Position numbers and translations under genes: made by a program
Notes under the pieces: model-generated
Told to the model about the DNA's origin: nothing
Seen by the model: only the letters and a program-made list of their open reading frames with translations
Databases searched by the model: none
Source: Macrostomum lignano
Lineage: Eukaryota
NCBI GenBank assembly: GCA_002269645.1
Contig: NIVC01002399.1
Coordinates: forward strand, 1-56,851
Direction of reading: 5' to 3'
DNA length: 56,851 bases
Shown: piece by piece, positions 11,681-26,823 of the stretch
Numbering within the stretch: position 1 is the stretch's first letter
Layout: each line of letters opens with the position of its first letter

Positions 11681-11846
11681 CGTTTCTTATAAAATGTTTA
11701 TGAGGCTGGTTTTGGCCGAAAAATACACTACGGAGATAGGAAGTTTTCATTTTTTCAGCACAAAAATTGTTATTGCTTTCGATAGGCGGCAGACCCATAA
11801 CCAGTTTTCGGCCAAAACCAGCCTCATAAACATTTTATAAGAAACG
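11681..11846. mobile_element. 166-bp MITE, Tc1/mariner-type (TA TSD)
   Basis: Perfect 42-bp TIRs CGTTTCTTATAAAATGTTTATGAGGCTGGTTTTGGCCGAAAA, flanked by TA on both sides (11679-11680 and 11847-11848). Confidence 0.88.
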
Positions 11847-12663
11847 TACTTTCCCGTCCTACTTGAGTACTCCTTGATATATAAATGTACGCTCGATATT
11901 AATTAGTTCCAAATTAATAAAAAAAACTTTGCAAGCCGCCTACTGTAAGTAGCTTATAGCTAGTTCAGTTTTGCTAGAAATTTTCGCAGCCCAATCTTTT
12001 TCAGAAGCCATACAATTGAAGCAGCTCAGGGTGAAGCAAATTGAAAGGGAAGTCTTCAAAGTGACTGACACGCGTTTACTTGAAAAATAGAAAGTCGCTG
12101 GGAAGCTCTGTATCAAAATCATCCACCCCGCTTCATCAAGCACAACTAGTAAAGTTCCCCATCCGATATCTTCCCATTTTGTTACATCGAATTTCCATTA
12201 CTTACTCAAACCGTCTATTTTTGTCCCTCCCTTCAGCAGGCACTCTTAGAGAAATCAGATTAGGAAACAGTGGAAATTTCGGAGTGGAATCCAGAGTTGA
12301 AGTGATGAACAAACAATGAACTGGGGACGCGTCAGTTAAAAATGAGAATAAAATGTATTGTTTAAGCGAAGCACTTCAATTAGAGTGGCACGCTAAAAGG
12401 CTTGGACTGAAAAAGAGAGATTTAGCGTTGCTCAATGGATGACGCTGTTCTGTCCAGATATATTAAACTAAAAGTTCACTTAGCTTTTTGGCATGAAGGT
12501 TTTTGTGCTGTGAACTGACTTTAGCTGTGGCTTAATTTGGAATCACGTGCATTTAGAAAGTTCAACTTGATGTTCTTTTATATATTGGCTCAATTTTAAT
12601 TTAAGTTCGTTCTAGGTGTTCTCGGAGCGCGACACTTGATCTGGTTTGAAAGGTGTGAGGATG

Positions 12664-13183
12664 GCGCTAGATCCACTATAATGTAGGGAAGGAACTAAAT
12701 CTATTATAATGTAGGAAGGGTGCTAGATCTATTAGAGTGTAGAGAGGGCGCTAGATCTATTATAGTGTAGGGAGGGAACTAGATCTATTATAATGTAGGG
12801 AGGGCGCTAGATCTATTATAATGTAGGGAGGGCGCTAGATCTAATATAGTGTAGGGAGGGCGCTAGATCTATTATAGTGTAGGGGGGCGCTAGATCTGTT
12901 ATAATGTAAGGAAGGCGCTAGATCTATTATAATGTAGGGAGGGAACTAGATCTATTATAATGTAGGGAGGGCGCTAGATCTATTATAATGTAGGGAGGGA
13001 ACTAGATCTACTATAGTGTAGGGAAAGCGCTAGATCTATTATACTGTAGGAAAGGGCGCTAGATCTGTTATAATGTAGGGAGGGCGCTAGACCTGTTATA
13101 ATGTAGATGGCGCCAAATCTATTATAATGTAGAGAGTGGGCGCTAGACCTGTTATAATGTAGAGAGAGGGCGCTAGATCTACT
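12664..13183. repeat. ~30-bp minisatellite (gggcgctagatctattataatgtagggag), ~17 copies
   Basis: Direct inspection; lies in the cassette-2 intron. Confidence 0.93.
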
Positions 13184-13295
13184 ATTCAGAAACGTTAAGT
13201 TATGTAAATAAACAAATTCATTAAAAATAGTTTTTAAAAGCGCAAATAAGAAACACTGTAAAAGAACATGAATACAGAAAACATGATGCACTTAC

Positions 13296-13645
13296 CCAGA
13301 GAACTGCACAATCTGACTCGAACTCTCCGGACATCCCAGACCAATAAATCCATCAACAGCGTCTCTGTACAGGTGCTCCATGGCTGGCAGTGCGGCAAGA
13401 TTTGAGCAGGTGGAGTTCACAAAGCTAATCTGCAAATCGAACTGCTCAGTGAGTTTCAGTCTTCTCAAAGTCTCCAAAGCGAAGGGGACACTTGGCTGGA
13501 TGAGTTCGGCCCGGAACTGATGCGTCGTGTTGAACGGCAGCAAAGCTAGCAGTCGAAATTTCGGCTTAATAGCGACGGCAAATTGAAATTGATTGACAGC
13601 CATGGTTAAAAAGATTGCAACTGCCACCGTGAGCTCAGAATGCAT
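13296..13645 (-). CDS. ANF-receptor cassette 2, exon a
   Basis: ATG at 13645. MHSELTVAVAIFLTMAVNQFQFAVA signal peptide, FRLLALLP, IQPSVPFAL, NSTC, DGFIGLGC. Donor GG|GTAAGT, phase 2. a+b = 694 nt (231 codons + 1). Confidence 0.88.
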
Positions 13646-13814
13646 TTCAATGTTACTTTTAGTATTTATTTTTAGTGTATTTGTTTTTTTGAAGTTTGAA
13701 TATTGTCGAATATGCATGCAAAATTTTGTCCCTGTAGGCACGCGGCGGGCTACGGGCTACGCTAGAGGTTTGTTGGCAAAGTATTGCGCTGGATCGGTTT
13801 TGTTGTAAGGCTGG

Positions 13815-13819
13815 ATTGG
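13815..13819 (-). promoter_or_regulatory. CCAAT box upstream of cassette 2 (further CCAAT/ATTGG copies at ~13836-13849)
   Basis: ggATTGGc, 170 bp upstream of the ATG. Confidence 0.4.
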
Positions 13820-14399
13820 CTAACAGAGTGTCTGACCAATGGGGATTGGGTTGCTATGCTAATAATACGGGTGCTGCCATGCTGTTAATTCCCTGTACAG
13901 TTGAGGTGAGATAGAAAATTTATTATCAACTGGCTAACAAAAATGATCTGTCAGGGTTGCAATTATGCAAGGTAGGGGATTTTATCTGAAACGGAAGTCA
14001 AATAGGGGAGGCAGGGGGAACCCCCAGCATCAAGTGAGGATCAATACTGACTCCAGCTAGGTTGCACTTTTCCGCCGAATCGGTTCCTTGAATCTCTTTG
14101 AATAGCTGGTGAAGAAAGATTTTTTTGTTCAAAAAGAGGAGATTTTAATTCAAGGATTTTGCTACTGACAAAAATCAATATTTAATATCTTTCCTCTTGC
14201 GGCTCAATTTCCTGATCTATCAGCAGCTTATCTCCTGACAGCGATTTCAACTGCCAGGCCTTCAAATTGTTAGAATGCTTTTGCAATTTTTAGCTAGATT
14301 TTTGGTTTATGGATAGGTACTTAAAGTAACATATGTCGAGGAAATGGTTCCTTTTAGCTGGAAACTTTGGCTACTTTATTATTAATGTAAGTTGATATC

Positions 14400-16815
14400 C
14401 ATTCTGTTTCCATGATCTATTCATTATATTTCCATGATCTATCCATTCTATTTTCATAATATATCTGTTCTATTTCCATGATCTATCTGTTCTATTTCCA
14501 TGATCTATCCATTCTATTTCCATGATCTATTCATTCTATTTCCATTATCTATCCATTCTATTTCCACTATCTATCCATTCTATTTCCATGATCTATCCAT
14601 TATATTTCCATGATCTATCCATTCTTTTTTTCATGATCTATCCTTTCTATTTTCATGATATATCTGTTCTATTTCCATGATCTATCCATTCTTTTTTCAT
14701 GATCTATCCATTCTATTTTCATGATATATCTGTTCTATTTCCATGATCTATCCATTCTATTTCCATGATCTATCCATTCTATTTCCATGATCTATCCATT
14801 CTATTTTTATGATCTATCTATTCTATTTCCATGATATATCCATTCTATTTTTATGATCTATCCATTCTATTTCCATGATCTATTCATTCTATTTCCATGA
14901 TCTATTTATTCTATTTCCATGATCTATCCATTCTATTTTCATAATATATCTGTTCTATTTCCATGATCTATCTGTTCTATTTCCATGATCTATCCATTCT
15001 GTTTCCATGATCTATTCATTCTATTTCCATGATCTATCCATTCTATTTTCATAATATATCTGTTCTATTTCCATGATTTATCTGTTCTATTTCCATGATC
15101 TATCCATTCTATTTCCATGATCTATTCATTCTATTTCCATGATCTATTCATTCTATTTCCATGATCTATCCATTCTATTTTCATGATATATCTGTTCTAT
15201 TTCCATGATCTATCTGTTCTATTTCCATGATCTATCCATTCTGTTTCCATGATCTATTCATTCTATTTCCATGATCTATCCATTCTATTTTCATAATATA
15301 TCTGTTCTATTTCCATGATCTATCTGTTCTATTTCCATGATCTATCCATTCTTTTTTCATGATCTATCCATTCTATTTCCATTATCTATCCATTCTATTT
15401 CCATTATCTATCCATTCTATTTCCATGATCTATCCATTCTATTTCCATGATCTATCCATTCTATTTTTATGATCTATCTATTCTATTTCCATGATATATC
15501 CATTCTATTTTTATGATCTATCCATTCTATTTCCATGATCTATTCATTCTATTTCCATGATCTATTCATTCTATTTCCATGATCTATCCATTCTATTTTC
15601 ATAATATATCTGTTCTATTTCCATGATCTATCTGTTCTATTTCCATGATCTATCCATTCTGTTTCCATGATCTATTCATTCTATTTCCATGATCTATCCA
15701 TTCTATTTTCATAATATATCTGTTCTATTTCCATGATTTATCTGTTCTATTTCCATGATCTATCCATTCTATTTCCATGATCTATTCATTCTATTTCCAT
15801 GATCTATTCATTCTATTTCCATGATCTATCCATTCTATTTTCATAATATATCTGTTCTATTTCCATGATCTATCTGTTCTATTTCCATGATCTATCCATT
15901 CTGTTTCCATGATCTATTCATTCTATTTCCATGATCTATCCATTCTATTTTCATAATATATCTGTTCTATTTCCATGATCTATCTGTTCTATTTCCATGA
16001 TCTATCCATTCTATTTCCATGATCTATCCATTCTATTTCCATTATCTATCCATTCTATTTCCACTATCTATCCATTCTATTTCCATGATCTATCCATTAT
16101 ATTTCCATGATCTATCCATTCTTTTTTTCATGATCTATCCTTTCTATTTTCATGATATATCTGTTCTATTTCCATGATCTATCCATTCTTTTTTCATGAT
16201 CTATCCATTCTATTTTCATGATATATCTGTTCTATTTCCATGATCTATCCATTCTATTTCCATGATCTATCCATTCTATTTCCATGATCTATCCATTCTA
16301 TTTTTATGATCTATCTATTCTATTTCCATGATATATCCATTCTATTTTTATGATCTATCTATTCTATTTCCATGATCTATCCATTCTATTTCCATTATCT
16401 ATCCATTCTATTTTCATGATCTATCCATTCTATTTCCATTATCTATCCATTCTATTTCCATTATCTATCCATTCTATTTCCATTATCTATCCATTCTATT
16501 TTCATGATCTATCCATTCTATTTCCATTATCTATCCATTCTATTTCCATTATTTATCCATTCTATTTCCATGATCTATCCATTCTATTTCCATGATCTAT
16601 CCATTCTATTTTCATAATATATCTGTTCTATTTCCATTATCTATCCATTCTATTTTCATGATCTATCCATTCTATTTCCATTATCTATCCATTCTATTTC
16701 CATTATCTATCCATTCTATTTCCATGATCTATCCATTCTATTTCCATGATCTATCCATTCTATTTCCATGATCTATCCATTCTATTTCTATTATATCTAA
16801 TCTATTCTATTTCCC
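14400..16815. repeat. 22-bp satellite (ttccatgatctatccattctat) with a 660-bp higher-order duplication
   Basis: About 110 monomers. Lines at 14761-15360 recur almost letter for letter at 15421-16020. Confidence 0.96.
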
Positions 16816-17567
16816 TGCTAGTAAAAGTAATACATTCATTAGTGTAGCTAAATTACTTGATTTTTTTAATAATCAAGTCCATGGAAAGTTATTCCATATA
16901 TTTGATCAATACTCGTAGAAACTACAGGTTAATATGTCAACATAATTAACTCCTCAAGTCCTCATTTTTCCTAATCATCCCTTCTTCTACATCTTTAGCC
17001 ATTTTTCCCCCCTGTCAGGCCTGCAATCATCATTTCTTTTGCTTTTGTTTCATATTTTTGCCTGACGCAAGTTGCCCAAGCGAGGCGACCCCCACCCCGA
17101 GGGCTGCTCAGTCTCTGACAGGTCAATCTTCCCAGGAAAAAAAACTGACGGGGCAACGTGCCGCTTAGTCCGTCTGTCGAAGCGCAGGTGAGCAGATGAC
17201 GGCTGATGAGACCCGTGTGAAATGAGGGGGTGAGGCGGACAGACAGGCAGATTTTGCACAAATCGTTACATCGGGATTCTGCTGCCCCTCTCGTCTACTT
17301 TTCTTGCGACGCAATTTTCTACTTGGCCAGGCAGGCCGGGAGCCTCAAAGCTTTGCTGGAGGCCCTCACCTGCTTGCGTCATGAATAGAAAAGTAAAGAA
17401 GGAAAACTACTTGCGAGTTAATCTCCTGCAGCTCTGCCTGCTTGCGGCTCGAGACAGATTCTTCAGTCTGTTTTTATTTGAAAGGACTGAAAACTGATCA
17501 TCTTTCATGGAATGCTACTCAGATAGTAGGTAGTACAGAATGTTTAGTGATTCAAATTAAATTAAAC

Positions 17568-18808
<1,241 letters not shown>

Positions 18809-20233
18809 CCTAGATTAAGAGCCTAGAGGCAGCACAGAGTAGTGCTAAAGACATCATGCTTCAAAGTCGTACTCAAGCCAGTCTAAGGCGTATTGTGATG
18901 AAAACCTTTTAGGCTCCTTTACTTTCTTGCTTAAGCTTTTTCGAATTTCGAGTCTGAAGCCCAGTAAAAGTTTGCCGTATCTTATACTCACAAATGCATC
19001 ATAATAGCGGAACTGTCATAGATCTTCATTTTAAAGCTGAGCACTGAATGAATGCGAAAACTGAGGTCAAGTTAAAATTAATTTTTCATTCCCAATGAGT
19101 GCTAAAAAACTAAGCTACAGGAGCTGAGCCGTAAGCTTAATAAAACTATCAAATCTTGCACATCCATTTCATATAACTTCTCTTGTACTCGTATTATAAT
19201 TTGTTAGTATTGAAAACCTGCTTAAAACTGAAACGAATAGTCGAAATTGAAAAAAATCAATTTTACGAGTAATTCTCGCTTTTTGAATACCGGTAGAGCA
19301 CAAGAAAAATTCGATATTTCACACTCATTTATAAATGATGGAACCTTGGAATTAAAAATATCGAAGTCTCAGCTGGTGCTAGGCGGAGTTCGCGTACAAT
19401 ATTAATAGGTTGCTTTAACTTCGGTACTGCTTGGTGTTTTGTATTTCTTCTATTAATTAATTTTTACCATATCTAGCTACATTTATAGCCGCGTGTTTTA
19501 AAAACATTTGCTCAGGAAAAATTCAGAACAATCCGCGGCTTGAAGTCCCTCGATCCCAGTAATTCAGGTTTGTCAATCGATTTAAAATTCATAAGAGCCA
19601 ACTCTCTCAAGGCACAGAAAGTTAGAGACGACATTTTTTATCCTACGGAATTCCCGTCTGAGAAAGCTTAGAAGTTGCACTTGCTGACCGGCCTAAAAAT
19701 TCTAGAAGCGTATCTGCCCTTGATTGTTCTACTAGTTGGAAATTCAATATTGGCCGACCGACAAAAGGAAGACCACAAAAATCACAGCATTGTTCTTAGA
19801 CAGGCTTAGAGACGAAGGCATGTGAAGGCGATTTTTTGCAAAAAAAACTATAGTTAGTTGCTTCTGTGAACTATTTATAGTTAAAGTAAAATATAGCATT
19901 TCCGTTTGCTTAACAAAGGAAAACTAAAATTGGATACGTTCACGAAACGATTTATCTTTTGACACTCTCTCTCTTACGGATAGTTTTTCGATAGATACTC
20001 GCATGAGCAATCATTTACGGTTCGGTCTTAAGGTGAAATTTAGAAAGAATTTAAATCTGAAATAATGCTCAGTTTGGAAAGGACATCACTGTCTGGTTGA
20101 GAATTAACTCTTCAATGATGCCTCCACTGATAGACATCCCATCCAAAGAGGTTTCAGTAGCAGCAAATAGAAATAACGGCTAAAGCTCATGCTGGGTGAT
20201 ATTGCGAAACTTTGGATGAACTGGAGAATCTTG

Positions 20234-20457
20234 CTAAACAAACCGAGGCACATGGGAGAAGTCAATGTCAGTCAATTGGGGGCTAACAAGAAACTGGTTT
20301 CTTCTAGCATGAAACAGTGTTCTCAAAATAACACCAAGGTGAAAGGCTACAAGCGTGGAGCTTTCCGGGGAATAAACACCAGTCACGTAGGGATGTACAA
20401 CTGCCATAACTTTCTCAATGTCTGACTTTGCGTCAAAGTTGGTCGAAAAATATAAAC
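20234..20457 (-). CDS. Candidate private terminal exon for cassette 3
   Basis: Acceptor ctaatttgcccgcttag|GT is phase-1 compatible. Reads GLYFSTNFDAKSDIEKVMAVVHPYVTGVYSPESSTLVAFHLGVILRTLFHARRNQFLVSPQLTDIDFSHVPRFV*. The last half weakly parallels VVLCADPDTVREIMIKAHELGFINGEYVFFNIDLF. Confidence 0.3.
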
Positions 20458-20697
20458 CTAAGCGGGCAAATTAGAGTACAATGTTTTTGATTTTGTAAAC
20501 TGCCAGCTACATGTAAAACTGGCAGTATAATGGAGAGCTGGCTTTTAGTAGCATGCGTGACCGAAAATTGACACTGGAAGGCTCGCTAATTAAACATGTA
20601 CACTGCCTGAGGATGCTAGGAAAGTCAGGATCACTGTACACCCTTGTGGAGAGTGTCAACCAGCCATTCTAGCTTGTACACCTTATAGTAGTATTCT

Positions 20698-21166
20698 CGG
20701 GTCGCCATCATAAACCCGAAAAATCACAACTCCGAAAGCACTTCCCATCATAAACCCGAAATATCATAAACCCGAAATATCACAAACCCGAAATATCATA
20801 AATTCGAAATATCATAAACCCGAAATATCACAAACCCGAAATATCATAAATTCGAAATATCACAAACCCGAAATATCACAAACCCGAAATATCACAAACC
20901 CGAAATATCATAAATTCGAAATATCACAAACCCGAAATATCATAAATTCGAAATATCACAAACCCGAAATATCACAAACCCGAAATATCACAAACCCGAA
21001 ATATCACAAACCCGAAATATCATAACTTCGAAAACCAAAATATTGTTGGACATTGCTAGAACTTTCAGAGTTATGAAATTTCGGGTTTGTGATATTTCGG
21101 GTTTATGATGGGCAATGCTATTTTTGTTTTCGGAGATATGATATTTCGGGTTTATGATGCCTCCCG
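20698..21166. mobile_element. Foldback/MITE-like element with an internal 16-bp tandem array (aaacccgaaatatcac)
   Basis: Left end cgggtcgccatcataaacccgaaa and right end tttcgggtttatgatgcctcccg are imperfect inverted repeats. About 19 direct 16-mers on the left, inverted copies on the right. Confidence 0.7.
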
Positions 21167-21604
21167 TATTTTCGTAGTATTCTCTGAGCCCTATAAATTA
21201 TCTTGGAATATTACCAATTTTCTCTGCATAGCTAGGAAATTGGATCAGAGCACAGGCTTTTTTTATACACAAATTTAGCCCCAATTGTCTAAATAATCAC
21301 AATAATATCTATATATGCCAGATGATTTGGCTGACAGAGGTAGGGGAATCGACTTAACACGGGACAGGTCAGGAAGCTGACTGACAGACGCAATGCTACG
21401 CATACACGTAGTTTTTCTATGAGCTTCAGCTTCAATCGCGCCTCTGCTCACTTCTGTCACGTAACATCTAGCAAATAGAAATTAGCGAATTATGAGATCA
21501 ATATTATAATGTAGGTTTTATATCACTACTGATAAGGCTTCCAGAAGAATGTGGCTTATTCCTTAGTGCTCTAAAAATTGCCACAACCAGACATACGGTA
21601 GCTC

Positions 21605-22290
21605 AAATTTCACTCCGACCAAATGTCACTCCGACCAAATGTCACTCCGACCAAATGTCACTCCGACCAAATGTCACTCCGACCAAATGTCACTCCGACC
21701 AAATGTCACTCCGACCAAATGTCACTCCGACCAAATGTCACTCCGACCAAATGTCACTCCGACCAAATGTCACTCCGACCAAATGTCACTCCGACCAAAT
21801 GTCACTCCGACCAAATGTCACTCCGACCAAATGTCACTCCGACCAAATGTCACTCCGACCAAATGTCACTCCGACCAAATGTCACTCCGACCAAATGTCA
21901 CTCCGACCAAATGTCACTCCGACCAAATGTCACTCCGACCAAATGTCACTCCGACCAAATGTCACTCCGACCAAATGTCACTCCGACCAAATGTCACTCC
22001 GACCAAATGTCACTCCGACCAAATGTCACTCCGACCAAATGTCACTCCGACCAAATGTCACTCCGACCAAATGTCACTCCGACCAAATGTCACTCCGACC
22101 AAATGTCACTCCGACCAAATGTCACTCCGACCAAATGTCACTCCGACCAAATGTCACTCCGACCAAATGTCACTCCGACCAAATGTCACTCCGACCAAAT
22201 GTCACTCCGACCAAATGTCACTCCGACCAAATGTCACTCCGACCAAATGTCACTCCGACCAAATGTCACTCCGACTAAATATCACTCCAA
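21605..22290. repeat. Near-perfect 16-bp minisatellite (aaatgtcactccgacc), ~43 copies
   Basis: Direct inspection; source of the MSLRPNVTPTK ORFs. Confidence 0.97.
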
Positions 22291-22924
22291 TAAAATATAG
22301 CTATCGTGACATAGCTATCAACATTAAAAAATACGTTAAGAACTCTAATCAGAACAATATATTCTAATCCTGCATAGTTACAAGAACTTGCACTCTCTCA
22401 GCGCCAACAATTTTCATCTCGGAGCCAAGCCCAGACCAATCGAGTAACGAAGAGGGGTGGGCAGTCACGAAATCGATTCATCAGCCTCTCTTGGGGGGGG
22501 GGACCGGACTGCCAAATAGAAATCTCATCTACCCCCCAACGCTTGAGACTTTTTTGAGTCTAATAGTTCAATCTGTCGCTCTCGACTCTCTCCTAAGGAC
22601 CACTAGAAATAGCTATATTGTATATACTATACCATATGCACTGTTGGCAGCCACCATTAGTGTGAACTATAGCTAAGAAGGTCATTTTTGGCAGCAAGAT
22701 GCGTCTTGGAAGAGAAATATACTCCGTTTATACCAATGAACGATTAGTTATCTCAATGTCCATTACTTAGTCACCTAATAAAGGAGTAGCATTGAAAACT
22801 GGAAACCTAACTAGCCATTTTTACATAACTATTGATGATAAGCTCATATATTTAGATTTGTGTAGCTATTAATTTAGCTATCCTTGCTATTAAGCCTTGC
22901 AGCTTAGGATGTCATCTTTCCCTC

Positions 22925-23930
22925 ATTGAGCCTTGGCATCTCAGCAACTCCCCACTTGAGCCATGGCACCTCAGCTCAGCAACTCCCCACTTGAGCCATG
23001 GCACCTCAGAAACTCCCCACTTGAGCCATGGCACCTCAGCTCAGCAACTCCCCACTTGAGCCATGGCACCTCAGAAACTCCCCACTTGAGCCATGGCATC
23101 TCAGCAACTCACCCATTGAGCCATGGCATCTCAGCAACTCCCCATTGAGCCATGGCATCTCAGTAACTCCCCACTGGAGCCATGGGATCTCAGCAACTCA
23201 CCCATTGAGCCATAGCATCTCAGTAACTCCCCACTGGAGCCATGGCATCTCAGTAACTCCCCACTGGAGTCATGGGATCTCAGCAGCTCACCCATTGAGC
23301 CATGGCATCTCAGCAGCTCACCCATTGAGCCATGGCATCTCAGTAACTCCCCACTGGAGCCATGGCATCTCAGTAACTCCCCACTGGAGTCATGGGATCT
23401 CGGATCTCAGCAGCTCACCCATTGAGCCATGGCATCTCAGTAACTCCCCACTGGAGCCATGGCATCTCAGTAACTCCCCACTGGAGCCATGACACCTCAG
23501 CAGCTCACCCATTGAGCCATGGCATCTCAGTAACTCCCCACTGGAGCCATGGCATCTCAGTAACTCCCCACTGGAGTCATGGGATCTCAGCAGCTCACCC
23601 ATTGAGCCATGGCATCTCAGTAACTCCCCATTGAGCCATAGCATCTCAGTAACTCCCCACTGGAGTCATGGGATCTCGGATCTCAGCAGCTCACCCATTG
23701 AGCCATGGCATCTCAGTAACTCCCCACTGGAGCCATGGCATCTCAGTAACTCCCCACTGGAGCCATGACACCTCAGCAGCTCACCCATTGAGCCATGGCA
23801 TCTCCGCAACTCACCCATTGAGCCATAACACCTCAGCAGCTCACCCATTGAGCCATGGCATCTCAGCAACTCACCCATTGAGCCATGGCATCTCAGCAAG
23901 TCCCCACTTTTGCCCATGCATCTCAGCAAC
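22925..23930. repeat. ~30-bp minisatellite (gagccatggcatctcagtaactccccactg)
   Basis: Direct inspection; 23392-23640 is re-duplicated at 23668 onward. Confidence 0.95.
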
Positions 23931-24373
23931 TCTAGAAATTGGAAAGCTAGACCGTATATATAGAGCGCGCAAGACGTCACGTGAGGAATTCACGTGAGAT
24001 CTATTTTTAGCAACTGACGTCAATGTTTGCCTAATAAAAAGCAAGGCTGCCGGAGCACGTGAGTTCGGCTTGTTATGTGACTAGTGACTAGTGTCATGTG
24101 ACTAGCTCATGTGACAAGGGAAAGGTGAAAAGGCGAGCCACTAGTGAAGCCACCAGTGACCGCTGAACGCAGAAGCAGGCCACAGGCCAAGCTGCCCAGG
24201 TGGCTGCAAAAAAGAACAAGTAAGGGGCGGGGCAGGCAGGGAGAAAAGAGGGAGAGCTGCCCTCAGTGGTAGACAACAGTTCAGAGCGAGGGCAAAGAAG
24301 CTGCTGACTAGAGTGAGACACCTAACAGTTATTCTAGTGGCTCACTGCAATAATATTTGTTATATGCTACTTT

Positions 24374-24526
24374 CACGACTTGAAAGGTCAGGGGTTCGAT
24401 TTCCGATCCCAGTGAAACAACTTGAGTCTTTGAGCGAGACACTTAACTCTGCATAATTGCTTTCAGTTCACCCAGCTATAAAATGGGTGCCAGCATTAGC
24501 TGGGGTAATTGTGGGTGTGTGGCGAC
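24374..24526 (+). mobile_element. tRNA-derived SINE-like copy A
   Basis: B-box-like GAAAGGTCAGGGGTTCGATTTCC followed by cacccagcta...aatgggtgccagcattagctggggtaatt; homologous to the inverted copy at 30096-30254. Confidence 0.65.
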
Positions 24527-25147
24527 CCCCAGTCCTTGGACTGAACAGCCGTACGCAGCCTTCAGATGCGCTGCGCAGTGATGAGATAACGTTAGTTGAC
24601 GGACAAAAAAGTTGAAGCAATTTTCTAAAATTATAAAAATCCAGCATTTAATATTTTTATTAACATATTATTAAAAACGTAGTATCAAGAAGGCAAAATG
24701 TTTGAGAAAAGTTGTACTTGTGAAGACAGAAACTGCAAAGAATATCGCAGCTTGCTATTGAACTGATACACTCTGGCTAATTTCTCTGTTTTAGGTTCCT
24801 CTTTCAAGAAACAGAGCAGAAACAAGCTCAGCTCAAATATTCTACAGTTTAGCAAGATTCTAGGGTACATATAAAACAACTAGATTTATAGTCCGAAACA
24901 AAACGTAAACGCTTTCTGAGGACTTGCAATCAATATTTTTTGGAGCAATTATCCAACAAATAGGACCCGGTAATTATTATGGCTGTGCTAGCTTTGCTTA
25001 CAGTATCAAATAGTTAGAAAGAAATGAACCTCATAAAAAAGCGTTTGACAGTTTTTTTACGGCACTGAATTGGTCGTTCAATTTTTTAACTGGAAAAAAT
25101 TTGTCGTCCGACATGAAAATTTGAACAAAAAAGATTATACTCGGGCG

Positions 25148-25392
25148 ACAGAGGTTGCGTCAAACTGGATGCGAGAGGTTGCGTCAAACTGGATGCGAGA
25201 GGTTGCGTCAAACTGGATGCGAGAGGTTGCGTCAAACTGGATGCGAGAGGTTGCGTCAAACTGGATGCGAGAGGTTGCGTCAAACTGGATGCGAGAGGTT
25301 GCGTCAAACTGGATGCGAGAGGTTGCGTCAAACTGGATGCGAGAGGTTGCGTCTAACTGGGTGTGAGAGGTTGCGTCTAACTGGGTGTCAGA
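25148..25392. repeat. 24-bp minisatellite (gagaggttgcgtcaaactggatgc), ~10 copies
   Basis: Direct inspection. Confidence 0.95.
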
Positions 25393-26823
25393 GCTTGAGT
25401 GGTGTCAAGGGTGTAAAGTTTTATTGTCTGGTAAAGAAAATTTTTGTGGGATGATCGAGCGTTCAGGTGCACGGGGGTCCACCTGGTCACGCACTTTTTT
25501 GTGACTGGTCTAGAAGATTTTACTGCATCAATACAGCCCACTTACAGTGGATGAAGGCTAATACGCTGGCCAAGAAAAATCGATATTGACCGCCTATTTC
25601 CATATTTACCTTTACGAGTATAGTAGTAGTATCTCTAGTTTTGCACAGAAACTAGTTTAAGTAAGCCTCTACTATATTCTTGGGTTTAAGGTTAGGGTTG
25701 CGACTCTCGTCGTAGAATACAGAATTAGTAGTGTAAAAATAAACTGAAGCGGGCGAACAGGTCTGCAGCTTGCTGTTTGTCGCGCGGGGGAATGACAATA
25801 AAGTAGATCAGCCTCTGTGCAACATTATTGACGAGATTCTGACAGCTCATACTCGTACGCAATCTGAATTGGCCAAACTGATAAGATAGCCAATAAACTA
25901 AGTAGCCAAATCCAAATCAATATAAATTTAATTAATTATATACAATTTGCTACATTTAGTTAGTGGCTTAGGTAGCCACTGGTTCGGTAATCAAATTCAT
26001 TGACAATGATCAATGTCTGAGAAAGGAAATCTCTTGCTACTCTCGTAGTGCAATTCCCACAATCATTGCATACACATACGGCCTTTTTCTCTGCCCCCTG
26101 ATCTGAGAATTTCTCGTGGAATTGTTCGAAAATTTCGTTGTGTTGCTGACGTGCGTCATCATACGCGTAATTACAGATGCAGCTGACTGGCACGCACAAT
26201 CTCAAAAACAGCTGCAAGAAAAACTGCATCACCCTGCTAATGACAGAATGAATCTCGGCTTGCAGTCTCCAGAAGTCTCCAGCTGGCGGGGGGAAATACT
26301 TGCGTGCTGCGATCTCCACATCCAACTAGTCAATTCTTTCACTCTAGCATCACCGGATTGCAAAATGGAACAGGTGGTCAATGAGCTCATTGTCGCGCGG
26401 GCTTTGCAATGTGCTCAAGTTGCTAATGTAATAAACTAGATAGCTATTGTATTGCTTGGGCACATGTATGCTTCTGTTGGAGCTGATAAAGTCAATACTT
26501 ATTTTATAGCTGAGCTCTATTATGCTTGACGTCTGGCCTCATCCAAGTACTTTCCTGCTGCTGCTATTTCTATCTCGCTTTCACCACGCCGACCCTAAGC
26601 ATCTAGTCTCTTCAACAGACGGCTATCCGCTCCTCTACCCCTCTTAGCGGGAGCCGTAGGGGGAAAGCTACAGGAAATTAAGAAATCAATGTTGCACGAT
26701 AGCGAACCCAAGCACTGTCCCCAATATTGGTCGCTCCCTATCCCTCCATCTCTTCTCTTTTCTGTCTGAGCGACAAAAGAGAAAAAGCTCGCAAAAACAG
26801 TTCCAAGGTTCTTCTATTCTTAC

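Noticed and set aside
11709-11716. The P-element TSD octamer GTTTTGGC recurs inside the neighbouring MITE TIR
   Set aside because: Flanking sequences are unrelated; a single 8-mer match is compatible with chance.
21623-22367. Long ORFs of MSLRPNVTPTKCHSDQ repeats
   Set aside because: All three frames give the same peptide because the 16-bp unit lacks stops; this is a satellite artefact.
25960-26439. Overlapping 121-aa (-) and 107-aa (+) ORFs downstream of cassette 3
   Set aside because: No recognisable domain, and the nearest acceptors give early stops in phase 1 (e.g. AFPLRLPLRGVEERIAVC* from ~26670).
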